DNA of 38,876 nt from a virus (taxonomy: Duplodnaviria; Caudoviricetes): positions 1 through 38,876 of IMG/VR virus record IMGVR_UViG_3300046010_003086. One strand, given 5' to 3'. The notes under the pieces are model-generated. The model did not search any database, was not told the origin of the DNA, and saw nothing but the letters and a program-made list of their open reading frames with translations. Shown here piece by piece: positions 26,926-35,273 of this stretch (position 1 is its first letter; every line of letters starts with the position of its first letter). The position numbers and the translations under genes are program-made.

Positions 26926-27312
26926 CTAGAGAAGTGTCGGAGTCGGTGTCCATAGGGTGATATCCACGCCTATGCGCTCGCCATAGTCCTTCCGAGCTAT
27001 CAGGGATGTGACCTGAGAGTCATCCCTGTAGGCGATGGCGGTGAGCCCATCCAGGACAGCCCTGACGAGTTTGTCGAGGTCAGGCGCGACTGTGGGGTGA
27101 GATCGGGTCACAGTCCGAGGTTTAGGCATCACAAATGACATCTCAATACTTATTGCGCCCTCACGCGGTAGAGCCCCTGCCTGTCGAGCTCCTAAGGCGA
27201 TAGCTGACCGCCACGCGGCGAGCGCAGAGCCCTGCGTGTGGATGATGTAGCCGTTGATGACCTTCATAGACCCCTGGGGTATGGGTCTGCCATCAACGAA
27301 AAATGAGATCAC
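26926..27312 (-). CDS. rusA: RusA-like Holliday junction resolvase
   Basis: G.PIPQGS and PDLDKLVRAVLDGLT...DDSQV. Confidence 0.92.
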   Translation of the reverse strand: MISFFVDGRPIPQGSMKVINGYIIHTQGSALAAWRSAIALGARQAGALPREGAISIEMSFVMPKPRTVTRSHPTVAPDLDKLVRAVLDGLTAIAYRDDSQVTSLIARKDYGERIGVDITLWTPTPTLL

Positions 27313-27494
27313 ACTCGGAGTGTAACTGCTCCATTCACAATCTCAAGATGATCTCGACCTGTCTCGTCTATGACATAGAAGTCATATGTGCCTATCCGGT
27401 CAGGGCCGAATGTGCTCTTGACTGTATAGGTGTGTTTGTTGATGACCACTTGGTCGCCAAATGACACCTCACCTGGACTGACTATCCGTTCCAT
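27309..27494 (-). CDS. Hypothetical protein
   Basis: SD GAGGAGG; GTGA overlap with rusA. Confidence 0.7.
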   Translation of the reverse strand: MERIVSPGEVSFGDQVVINKHTYTVKSTFGPDRIGTYDFYVIDETGRDHLEIVNGAVTLRV

Positions 27495-27541
27495 GACACC
27501 TCCTCGTGGTGTAATGATTACAGATAGGATAACACTCTTTC

Positions 27542-28333
27542 TCAGGTTGAGCGTGAGCGTTTGTGTACTAGGTCACGCAGTTGTTCGGGCATCGGTACAG
27601 CCCTGCGCCTCGCCTCATCTAGCTCCTGAAAATACTGAGCAGTCTCCTGCTCCTCGATCTGTCTGCGCCTCTGTTTCTCAGCCTTCTCCTGCGCCTCTTT
27701 CTCCTCTTTTGAGAGCTCTCTCGGAGGTAGTGGCTCATCGTTCCACCGGTGGGCATTGAGCCATGTGGCTGCGTGGGCTGTATAACTCGGATGTCGATTC
27801 GGATCATCTGCGTACTTCTGCGCCCCCTGACATATCTCCTCGGCTGTAGCTACCTGCAGGGCTTTCACAAACGCTTTGAGTGCAGCCTGTTTTGCCACCT
27901 TTCTCGGATAGATAGACCAAAACACATCGAAGTGGTGTTTCAATGATGGTTCTAAAGGATGGTTCTTAGGGCGTGATTGTCGCCCCGTAGATGTCGTCAT
28001 TGTCGCCCCGTCAGCGACATCGGTACGCCCCGTCATACTGTCGCCTCGTAATCTGTTGATATTTATCTGATACAGATGTGGTCTGCGATCCTCGCGACAT
28101 CCTGCCGAGCCCCCTGAGTGTTTGAACATCCTGATATAGCCGAGCTCGCAGAGGGTATTCACAGCCCTCTGCACAGTTCGGATCGAGATAGATGCCTTGC
28201 TAGCGATGGTCGCCTGTGCCGGATAGGACTGCGTACCCTCATCGTTTGCGTGATCCGCTATCACTAGCAAGACCATCTTCTCTGTCGTAGGTAGGTCGGT
28301 GCGCCACACCTCTGCCATCAGTCTGATGCTCAC
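27542..28333 (-). CDS. Replication initiator (HTH_36, lambda O/DnaD-like)
   Basis: EKMVLLVIADHAND.G.SYP...IA; FDVFWSIYPRKVAK..A; ATWLN..RW.D; GTGA overlap with whiB. Confidence 0.85.
   Translation of the reverse strand: MSIRLMAEVWRTDLPTTEKMVLLVIADHANDEGTQSYPAQATIASKASISIRTVQRAVNTLCELGYIRMFKHSGGSAGCREDRRPHLYQININRLRGDSMTGRTDVADGATMTTSTGRQSRPKNHPLEPSLKHHFDVFWSIYPRKVAKQAALKAFVKALQVATAEEICQGAQKYADDPNRHPSYTAHAATWLNAHRWNDEPLPPRELSKEEKEAQEKAEKQRRRQIEEQETAQYFQELDEARRRAVPMPEQLRDLVHKRSRST
27945..28049. repeat. Iteron-like repeats, probable replication origin
   Basis: tgtcgccccgt at 27978 and 28001, gtacgccccgt at 28023, tgtcgcctcgt at 28039; gatggttct twice at 27945 and 27958. Confidence 0.65.
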
Positions 28334-28659
28334 ATACACTCCAATATCTGCCTGTATGTGATGCCATACAGAGCTAGTTCTCCCACCGCCCTAGCTCGTT
28401 GATTCGGATACTTTCTAGGGTCACGCATTGATACACGCTCCATGCTCGTCATGCCACCCCACACGCCATAGTCCTCGTTCTCCATCGCGTATGCCAGGCA
28501 TGATGCCCAGATAGGACAGCGAGCGCAGACCGAGCGCAGCGCGTTGATGTACTCGTACTGCAGGATCGAGCGTTGTTCCTCGACTGTGTAGAACAGGTCT
28601 GTGTAGATACTGCCCTTGCACTCAGCCTGATCCCAATCTACTTCGCCATACTTGGGCAT
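28330..28659 (-). CDS. whiB: WhiB-family transcription factor
   Basis: W...AEC..DLFY...CARCP...C...YGVWGG. Confidence 0.93.
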   Translation of the reverse strand: MPKYGEVDWDQAECKGSIYTDLFYTVEEQRSILQYEYINALRSVCARCPIWASCLAYAMENEDYGVWGGMTSMERVSMRDPRKYPNQRARAVGELALYGITYRQILECM

Positions 28660-29306
28660 CCAGACACCCCCGTTGGATCAAAGTAGGGGCAGTAGTCCTT
28701 ACAGAATCCAACGAACTTCTCAGGTGCAGGGGGTTCTGCATCTGTACTCACTATCTCTTTGATATCTCTGAGCCACTCAAGTGCCTCTAGTGCAGTCAGC
28801 TCGCTATATGGCTCTTGCACCACCTTGATATCGGTCATCTTGCCGTCACGAGGGATACCCACGAGCGCGACCTCTTTGACCTCATAGCCGTTCTTGGACA
28901 GGAGATACCCATAGGTATGTATCTGCCACAGTTTCTGTCTGTCGTTGAGATATCTCAGCCCTGACTTTGTAGTCGTCTTGAAGTCCACTACGAGTCCGAG
29001 GTCTTTGATGAACAGGTCGCAATGACCGCGCAGACCATCATGCTCAATCTCTATCTCTATGAGGTAGTTATCGCCGAAGGGGTCTTGGCGTGACATCACT
29101 TTCTCCATACCTGCGTGGATAAAAGTACCCAGGATAGCTCCGAGTGATTCTGTCTCATTGAGTTTGGGCGTTTGCTTTAGCTCGTGCCATACACGCCTAC
29201 GACATCCGCCTAAACTGCTCGGCCCGATATCTACCTGCAGACTACGATCTCTCGTAGCATCGTAGCCCTGCAGAGATTTCACAACAGTTCCCTGTAAATC
29301 AATCAT
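28638..29306 (-). CDS. PD-(D/E)XK (Cas4/RecB-like) exonuclease
   Basis: GPSSLGGCRR, GHCD, VVDFKT, Q..TY and C-terminal C..YCPY...C. Confidence 0.88.
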   Translation of the reverse strand: MIDLQGTVVKSLQGYDATRDRSLQVDIGPSSLGGCRRRVWHELKQTPKLNETESLGAILGTFIHAGMEKVMSRQDPFGDNYLIEIEIEHDGLRGHCDLFIKDLGLVVDFKTTTKSGLRYLNDRQKLWQIHTYGYLLSKNGYEVKEVALVGIPRDGKMTDIKVVQEPYSELTALEALEWLRDIKEIVSTDAEPPAPEKFVGFCKDYCPYFDPTGVSGCPSMAK

Positions 29307-29463
29307 TCTTTGCCTCCGGTAGTCCATTTTGTGCCACTATCGCGCATATCATCTGAACACGCAGAGATGCGGCATACCAATCTGACGATATCTCTTTGCC
29401 CTCAGAGAGGTCTATAGACCTAATCTCCTCGGCTATTTTTGCTCGTAGCTCTGCCTCACTCAT
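29299..29463 (-). CDS. Hypothetical protein (54 aa, not in ORF track)
   Basis: MSEAELRAKIAEEIRSIDL...; ATGA overlap; fills the gap. Confidence 0.6.
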   Translation of the reverse strand: MSEAELRAKIAEEIRSIDLSEGKEISSDWYAASLRVQMICAIVAQNGLPEAKND

Positions 29464-29828
29464 GACACATCCATACTCGCTCGCACAGATGCACTCATAG
29501 ATTGAGCGATTTTCACCTGTGTCTGCAGTCTGTTCACATTCGCTCTAGAGGCTTTCACTTTTGCCTCCTCAGTAGCGATGGTCATGTGTTTCTCAGCGTT
29601 CGCCACAAGTGCGATGTCCTCGCGCTCGCCTACTGTGTAGTTCCTACCTGTAGGGGATGAGCGACCTGCTAGTTCTAGTCGAGATTTGGCTAGACCTATC
29701 TCATAGTCAGCGACAGCCGTGTGATACGACATCTCACATGACACAAGTTCCTGATGCGCCACATCTACCTCTTTGGATAGTTGATACAGACGACTCTCAA
29801 TCTGCTGCGGTGTCACTACCTGTGTCAT
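29460..29828 (-). CDS. Coiled-coil protein in recombination module
   Basis: Helical 122 aa; SD AGGAGG. Confidence 0.7.
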   Translation of the reverse strand: MTQVVTPQQIESRLYQLSKEVDVAHQELVSCEMSYHTAVADYEIGLAKSRLELAGRSSPTGRNYTVGEREDIALVANAEKHMTIATEEAKVKASRANVNRLQTQVKIAQSMSASVRASMDVS

Positions 29829-30081
29829 CAGTAGCCTCCTCTTTGACTAGGCGGATGCCCTGCGTTTTCTGTTTCTCCTGGGCGATGATGAGTTTTGTCG
29901 CATCGGCTGTGAGATCGAAAGGGTCAGCTACTAACTGAAACCCTGTCTTTTCTAACGCCTCACCTAGAGTCTCAGGGAAAGTCTCTAGAGCCTCAGCTAC
30001 CACTCGGATAGCCTGTGCATTCTGTATCACCGCTATCACAAACCCCTGACTAGGTTTGAACTTGTTTTGTTTATCACTCAC
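29797..30081 (-). CDS. Hypothetical protein
   Basis: GTG start in GTGA overlap (MSDKQNKF). Confidence 0.6.
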   Translation of the reverse strand: MSDKQNKFKPSQGFVIAVIQNAQAIRVVAEALETFPETLGEALEKTGFQLVADPFDLTADATKLIIAQEKQKTQGIRLVKEEATDDTGSDTAAD

Positions 30082-30389
30082 AACAACATTCCCTCCTCTG
30101 TACATCGCCATACGATGCACTCGTTTCCGTGTTTGTTTTTCCGTGTAGTGCCGGTGTCTATGATGTGTCCATCCTCGACTAGACCGCCACGAGTAGGTCT
30201 GACTGTATTTCCATCTATACCTAGAGCATCTTGTATCTCATCATCAGTCGCACCATGTAGTCCACGATTGACGATGTAGTCATACACTCTGCGCCGTTTT
30301 GTTCCTGATCTCGGCAGAGCCTTCTCTGCTGCGAGTATCGAGGTGCGTTGTGCATTACTCGCTATGCGTACCTTGTTGCGGTCTATCAC
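30078..30389 (-). CDS. Winged-helix DNA-binding protein
   Basis: GATDDEIQDALG....TVRP.R..LV..G.I.DTG..R...G....VW. Confidence 0.75.
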   Translation of the reverse strand: MIDRNKVRIASNAQRTSILAAEKALPRSGTKRRRVYDYIVNRGLHGATDDEIQDALGIDGNTVRPTRGGLVEDGHIIDTGTTRKNKHGNECIVWRCTEEGMLL

Positions 30390-30955
30390 AGTTGCACGAG
30401 CCTCTTGTTGATGGCATCTAGCAGAGTCACTCCATCCACTCGTACTTCTAGGATGCTCTCGTTCTCTTTATAGATAGCCTTGAGGTCATCTTTGGTAGGG
30501 ATGTGTGCGATAGTCGGGATGAGGATTGCAGCCTTCGCTATTTCTTCAGGCGTTGGTACTTTGACTGCGAGCGCAGGTTTTGTATCTGCACTCTTAGCGC
30601 GCTCTACTTTTTCCATCTCATTACGAGTAGGGCGTGTTGGCTTCTTGCTGTTTGGATCGACACCGAGATATCCAGCCATGCTGAGTGCGCGACCTGCAGC
30701 CGAGGTAGAACAGTTCTCTAGAGCTGAGTACTTGTTCACAGAGCTAGAGCCCACCATCTCCTCGGCATAGTCCACAGCCTTGAGGATGTCGCCGTAGTAC
30801 ACCGATGCCTTCACGATGTACTGCAGAGGTCGGAGTGTCTGAGGATCGCGCACGATGTCCACGATCTCTGTGATGATGCGGAGGTCAGCGTGGTCTGAGT
30901 GAGCTCGCTGTAATCTTTCCGCGACTGTCTCATACGCGTTCAAGTCAAACGCCAT
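30386..30955 (-). CDS. Single-strand annealing protein (Rad52/Sak-like, putative)
   Basis: YETVAERL and ALENCSTSAAGRAL; heads the operon containing the exonuclease. Confidence 0.7.
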   Translation of the reverse strand: MAFDLNAYETVAERLQRAHSDHADLRIITEIVDIVRDPQTLRPLQYIVKASVYYGDILKAVDYAEEMVGSSSVNKYSALENCSTSAAGRALSMAGYLGVDPNSKKPTRPTRNEMEKVERAKSADTKPALAVKVPTPEEIAKAAILIPTIAHIPTKDDLKAIYKENESILEVRVDGVTLLDAINKRLVQL

Positions 30956-31004
30956 GATGTGCCTTCTTTCTGTAGGGGGCGCAACGCGCCCAGGGTCGGG
31001 TCAG

Positions 31005-31033
31005 ACTTTAGGGGCTACCACCGACATATGGAA
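31005..31033 (-). promoter_or_regulatory. Putative promoter of recombination/replication operon
   Basis: TTCCAT-17 nt-TAAAGT, then hairpin gggcgc-aac-gcgccc (30977-30991) and SD-like GAAGG. Confidence 0.5.
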
Positions 31034-31089
31034 GTACCGCCACGCCCTAGATGTAATGAGTGGCATACTCAGGGGTCAGGGGGTGGGCT

Positions 31090-31287
31090 ATGTCAGCCAG
31101 AGTACATATGAGTCTGTTCAACCTAATCGTTGAGGTGGAGTCGGACTTCAAATATCCAGATCAGATGCAAGACATGAGCAATCGAGCTATGGCTCTATTC
31201 ATGGGTGCTATTGAGTTCTGCAAAGCAAACAATCTAGATATCCGCACAGATGATGTGGATGACTTTATAGATGAGGATGAGGACTAA
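31090..31287 (+). CDS. Small acidic-tailed hypothetical protein on the opposite strand
   Basis: MSARVHMSLF...DFIDEDED occupies otherwise non-coding space. Confidence 0.65.
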   Translation: MSARVHMSLFNLIVEVESDFKYPDQMQDMSNRAMALFMGAIEFCKANNLDIRTDDVDDFIDEDED

Positions 31288-31424
31288 TGTGCCTCTCCTG
31301 TGGGGACTGCCGTAGAGAGCATCCCTACTCTGTAGATGACTCCATAGACTCGTTCGAGGCTACCAATCTACTGATGAGCCAGTCCACCACCGGTACAGCC
31401 ACAGCGTTGCCGAGCTGTTTGTAG
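31287..31424 (+). CDS. Possible tiny Cys-motif peptide (MCLSCGDC..H)
   Basis: TAATG coupling to the previous gene; 3' part overlaps the methylase antisense. Confidence 0.35.
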   Translation: MCLSCGDCRREHPYSVDDSIDSFEATNLLMSQSTTGTATALPSCL

Positions 31425-32104
31425 CGATGGCTATCAGCCTGTCCCTCAGTCCATCCATCAGGGAAGCCCTGTAGTCGCTCACACTCTGTAGGTGTCAGTC
31501 GTCTGACAGTAGATGTGAAGAGTGTCTGAAAGTTAGAAGTACGCAGCGAGAACGAGGTATCGGATACCAACGGCCCCTTACCGCCCCCAGGTTTGCCCTC
31601 TCGATCCTGCATCACCATAGGTTGATCCATATACACCACTCCCATCTTGTCCATATCTGTACCTGATCTCAGAGTCTGCGCTGTATCGCTAGTCGTCTGG
31701 TTATAGGTATCAAATGTCTGAGCTACGAATAACTGAGCATGATGGCTCTGTACTGATGGCTGATGAGCCTGTAGTGCTAGGGCTGTATCTGTAGGTGTAG
31801 CTGAGAAAGTGTCAGCCTTTGCATCCTCTCGTATCGAGTAGGCGACTGTCTCATCCTCACCCTCCTGATAGACCATCGGCATATTGTTCCCACCTGTTCC
31901 CATACGCGCCTGTAGCGTGTTGATTTTGTCATCCTGGATGCGTATGTCATCCACGCGATTGCCATAGAAAACGATGACAGTAGCTCGTGTCTCGTGTGCG
32001 TTATCAAATACATTCAAGGTAGGTACTACCCCCCCCATCGCCCATGACTCGTTATCCTCAACAGTCTGAGCCCGTCTAGTCTTGACTGCCCACAGTAGGT
32101 TCAT
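31325..32104 (-). CDS. C5-cytosine methyltransferase, C-terminal part (TRD-like repeats + motifs IX-X)
   Basis: RRLTPTECERLQGFPDGWT and RYKQLGNAVAVPVV. Confidence 0.88.
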   Translation of the reverse strand: MNLLWAVKTRRAQTVEDNESWAMGGVVPTLNVFDNAHETRATVIVFYGNRVDDIRIQDDKINTLQARMGTGGNNMPMVYQEGEDETVAYSIREDAKADTFSATPTDTALALQAHQPSVQSHHAQLFVAQTFDTYNQTTSDTAQTLRSGTDMDKMGVVYMDQPMVMQDREGKPGGGKGPLVSDTSFSLRTSNFQTLFTSTVRRLTPTECERLQGFPDGWTEGQADSHRYKQLGNAVAVPVVDWLISRLVASNESMESSTE

Positions 32105-32927
32105 CTATCAACACCATCTGCATCCTGCCCTTATCGGGCATCCGTTGTTCGTTCGAGGTGGCTGTCAGAGCCTGTGCCGTTGTTGATCCATCCCACCATG
32201 TCATCGTGTCATGCGCTCGCGATGCATTGAGCGATGGGCTTACTTCTCCGGTGGGGAAATCGTAGAGCTCGAAGTTTCCAGCCCTGCTACCTGCTCCAAC
32301 GCTGTCTGTAGCTGAGTCGGTAGGGTCTTGCCCCTTCTTCCTGCTCGGCGGAGTATCCCCTGCGCTGCCTTCGGCGAGATCGAGTACTTCTGCAGGTGTT
32401 CTCCAGTCGTCTCCAAGACATCCGACAATGAAGATTCTGCGCCGTCTTTGGGGGACTCCGAAGTATTGAGCATCAAGCACACGCCACGCGATGCTATACC
32501 CCCTTTCAGCCAACGCCCCGATGACGACTCCCATATCCCTTCCTCCACTAGATGTGAGCAGACCAGGGACATTTTCAAGGATGAAATACCGCGCCTTCGT
32601 TTCATCAAGGAGTCTGCAGATTTCCCAGAAAAGTCCAGACCTAGCTCCTGCGAGCCCTGCTCGTTTCCCTGCCACAGACAAGTCTTGGCATGGAAATCCT
32701 CCAACGATGACTCCGTGTTGCGGAGTAAATCCTGCGCTAATGAGTTGCTCACCTGATACCTCCTGGATATCGCCTAGTATCTGACTGTTTGGGAACTGTT
32801 TGCGCAGTACACCCTGCGCGTGTTTGTCTATCTCTACTGATGCTACGACTTTGACCCCATTACGCTCTAGAACTAGATCAAAGCCTCCGATACCTGCGAA
32901 CAGGGATACTGCAGTCATCTGTGTCAT
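32076..32927 (-). CDS. dcm: C5-cytosine methyltransferase, N-terminal catalytic part (motifs I-VIII)
   Basis: SLFAGIGG, GGFPCQD, ENV and PQRRRR. Confidence 0.93.
   Translation of the reverse strand: MTQMTAVSLFAGIGGFDLVLERNGVKVVASVEIDKHAQGVLRKQFPNSQILGDIQEVSGEQLISAGFTPQHGVIVGGFPCQDLSVAGKRAGLAGARSGLFWEICRLLDETKARYFILENVPGLLTSSGGRDMGVVIGALAERGYSIAWRVLDAQYFGVPQRRRRIFIVGCLGDDWRTPAEVLDLAEGSAGDTPPSRKKGQDPTDSATDSVGAGSRAGNFELYDFPTGEVSPSLNASRAHDTMTWWDGSTTAQALTATSNEQRMPDKGRMQMVLIDEPTVGSQD
32240..32752 (-). CDS. Nested alternative-frame methyltransferase subunit (EcoHK31I beta-like, putative)
   Basis: 170-codon same-strand ORF inside dcm; SSLSDVLE...KYSISPKAAQGILRRA.RRGK.LP..L..AL; SD CAGGAGG upstream of GTG. 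Confidence 0.6.
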   Translation of the reverse strand: MSNSLAQDLLRNTESSLEDFHAKTCLWQGNEQGSQELGLDFSGKSADSLMKRRRGISSLKMSLVCSHLVEEGIWESSSGRWLKGGIASRGVCLMLNTSESPKDGAESSLSDVLETTGEHLQKYSISPKAAQGILRRAGRRGKTLPTQLQTALEQVAGLETSSSTISPPEK

Positions 32928-32950
32928 AACGCCTCCTCCGATGACCTAAC

Positions 32951-33985
32951 CTAGTCCAGCCAGACCTTATATCCAGCCGTGACACGCCCCTTCTCAGGGT
33001 CTATGAAATGTAGTCGCTGTGATGGAGTAGCTGATGCTGCGAGCATGACTCCTGCGTATCTGTTATCGCTCTCTGTCGATCCTGTTTGATATACAGCTCC
33101 ATGTCCGTTAGCCATCGGCCACTCAGCGTGTGTGTGATAGTGACCGACATAGACATCGCGGAACTCCCAGGGTAGAGCCCCTGATCTCCATCTATTCATA
33201 TGTTGGACTATAGCCGCAGGGCTCGCGTACCCATTTCGACCTATCTCATCGCCATGTATCAGTACAGCTCGGTAGTTGCCTATCTCGACCTTCTGCCAGT
33301 CCTCTGGACACTCCTGCCATGTCAGGCGTTTCTCACCCTGTAGGAGTTGTCGGGCTAGCTCGTAGCACATCCGGTCAAAGTTGTCTGATCTCGGCACATT
33401 GTCGCGCTTCGATCCGATGCGCCCATGATTGCCCCACTCAGGTACGACTGTCACCCTCTCATAGTGGGCGAGCGCATACCGCACTACATCCACACAGAGT
33501 CTAGATACAGTCACATACTGCTCGAATAAGGTGGCATCTATCTCGAATGCCTGGGTAGGGAAGTTGAATAGTCCCTCGACCATATCTCCGCCAAAGAGGA
33601 TCACACACTCTTTCACAGGATGGTCAGCTCTCTGTATCTCGGTAATGCGTACAGCTCGCTCGGCAAACTGTAGGACTCTGCGATTCATCACCTGAGAGTC
33701 ATAGCTCGTGGTGCGCTTTGCCCCCTGCCAGTCGGTCATATGCCACAGGGCTACCTCGACTCTCGCCTTGCGTTTATCCACCGGCGGAGGGGTCACATTT
33801 TTGACAGGCCCATAGGTCAGCATCGCATCATAGGCAGCCTGATGGGTCGCCTCTACTAGGTCGTCTGTCTTTGTTTTCGCCTTGAGTAGCTGTTTCTGCA
33901 GTCGGAAGATAACAGATCGTAGCTCTCTCACATCAGAGGACTCGATACCCTCTGGGAGACTGTTGAGTTTGTCCTCTAGGCTCAT
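32951..33985 (-). CDS. Calcineurin-like metallophosphoesterase with N-terminal coiled coil
   Basis: TDWQ, GGDMVEG, GNHG, HGD and GHYH motifs. Confidence 0.88.
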   Translation of the reverse strand: MSLEDKLNSLPEGIESSDVRELRSVIFRLQKQLLKAKTKTDDLVEATHQAAYDAMLTYGPVKNVTPPPVDKRKARVEVALWHMTDWQGAKRTTSYDSQVMNRRVLQFAERAVRITEIQRADHPVKECVILFGGDMVEGLFNFPTQAFEIDATLFEQYVTVSRLCVDVVRYALAHYERVTVVPEWGNHGRIGSKRDNVPRSDNFDRMCYELARQLLQGEKRLTWQECPEDWQKVEIGNYRAVLIHGDEIGRNGYASPAAIVQHMNRWRSGALPWEFRDVYVGHYHTHAEWPMANGHGAVYQTGSTESDNRYAGVMLAASATPSQRLHFIDPEKGRVTAGYKVWLD

Positions 33986-34227
33986 TGTGTAGCTATCTCA
34001 TATCCATGCTGTGTGTAGCCCTGTTTATCTAGCCAGGAGTCCTCATGGTCAGGAGATCGAAACAGCCGGACAGTTTTCAGAGCATCCATCATCAGAGCGA
34101 CCTGATATGGGGGGACGGGGTCTATCTCTAGTAGAGCTCCCCAGATTTTGCCTATCTTTTCAAAGTTATCTACTGCATCGCCATACTCATCCTGCCGAGA
34201 TGCGAGGATGTTCTCTATTTTGGACAT
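33982..34227 (-). CDS. DUF6378-like protein (putative nucleotide metabolism)
   Basis: RQDEYGD...NF..I...W...VALMM..LK..R...HEDSW.D..GY. Confidence 0.75.
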   Translation of the reverse strand: MSKIENILASRQDEYGDAVDNFEKIGKIWGALLEIDPVPPYQVALMMDALKTVRLFRSPDHEDSWLDKQGYTQHGYEIATQ

Positions 34228-34451
34228 TTGCACTCGCCCTTGCGATGGGCTCTCAGGGCATCGTTGGAGGTCTTATGTCCCTCCTGCCTGAGTGCCTTCA
34301 CTATCAGGCTGAGTGGTATCTGTTTCTCCCACGCCTTATCTAGTGCTTTCTGATCCTCTTTAGATAGCGAGCTATACAGAGCCATATATGGACAGCCTGT
34401 TGATCTGCGAGCGCGACTTGCCATCGCATCTAGTGTGTCACCTAACGCCAT
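34215..34451 (-). CDS. Small Cys/His protein
   Basis: SD GGAGG; GC...HRKGECKC. Confidence 0.7.
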   Translation of the reverse strand: MALGDTLDAMASRARRSTGCPYMALYSSLSKEDQKALDKAWEKQIPLSLIVKALRQEGHKTSNDALRAHRKGECKCPK

Positions 34452-34505
34452 ATCCCACCTCCGCGCATACCCTAACACAGACTCTCAAGTAGTCCTTTAT
34501 AGATA

Positions 34506-34563
34506 CCGATAGGGGTCAGGTGCGTGTCTGACCCCCTCGGCGTTTCCCAATGGAGGTAGGGAA
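34506..34563 (-). terminator. Tandem hairpins after lysis genes
   Basis: ggggtcag/ctgacccc (34512-34535) and ttccc/gggaa (34544-34563); weak U-tract. Confidence 0.5.
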
Positions 34564-34565
34564 GT

Positions 34566-34808
34566 CTATGCCTTTTTCTTGCGTGATTTCTTTGCAAGTT
34601 TGTCGAGCTCTACATCTACTACATCAGCGATGCGCCCGAATACAGGATCAGTTTTGTCAATGCCGCGAATAGCAGGCCCAACGATGGCTGCTGCTGTTGC
34701 TAAACCGAGAGCCTTGATATCAGTCACTCCTGCGAGATATAGGCTCGTTGCTGTTAGTACGAAGTGGCGGAGTGCTGACTTGAGTGCTTGTAAGTGTTGC
34801 GGTTTCAT
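34566..34808 (-). CDS. Putative holin
   Basis: Two hydrophobic segments and basic C-terminus; directly after endolysin. Confidence 0.65.
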   Translation of the reverse strand: MKPQHLQALKSALRHFVLTATSLYLAGVTDIKALGLATAAAIVGPAIRGIDKTDPVFGRIADVVDVELDKLAKKSRKKKA

Positions 34809-34815
34809 ATTTCTC

Positions 34816-35271
34816 CTAGTTAGGTCGAGCTACAGCCATGACTAGAGAGTAGGCGCGCTTCTTTCGATATACACCATCTCCATTTGACTGTGAGCCTCTT
34901 TTGTCTGCGGCTGTATTGCCCTCGATACACCACAGGTTCTTCTTTCCATCATTTTTGACCACGATGCCTACATGATCTGGCTGTGCATCGTCATCAAACT
35001 GAAAGAACGCGATATCCCCTGGCTGTGCCTGACCAATAGGGATGAGTCTGCCCTTCTTAGAAAACCACTTGAGCCCTGCATCGCATGATGCAAAACCCTT
35101 CTTAGTAGAGGCTGCTACTGATGCTGACTGTCCCACCTGCGTGAAACACCACGATACGAACATCGCGCACCAGGGATTGTTGTTGAGCCCATACCACTTG
35201 CCATACTTTGTGTCGTTATTTGCGCCCTCTTGGTATCCGAGTTCGCCTCTAGCTACAGATACGATATCCAT
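34816..35271 (-). CDS. Endolysin, CHAP domain only
   Basis: PWCAMFVSWC, HVGIV and IEGNT. Confidence 0.92.
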   Translation of the reverse strand: MDIVSVARGELGYQEGANNDTKYGKWYGLNNNPWCAMFVSWCFTQVGQSASVAASTKKGFASCDAGLKWFSKKGRLIPIGQAQPGDIAFFQFDDDAQPDHVGIVVKNDGKKNLWCIEGNTAADKRGSQSNGDGVYRKKRAYSLVMAVARPN

Positions 35272-35273
35272 GC

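Noticed and set aside
28638-29306. CRISPR-Cas (Cas4-like gene)
   Set aside because: No array or other cas genes; context is phage recombination
31071-34520. Identical 10-mer aggggtcagg at 31071 and 34511 flanking the methylase-phosphoesterase block
   Set aside because: Too short to exclude chance; no recombinase or att-like context
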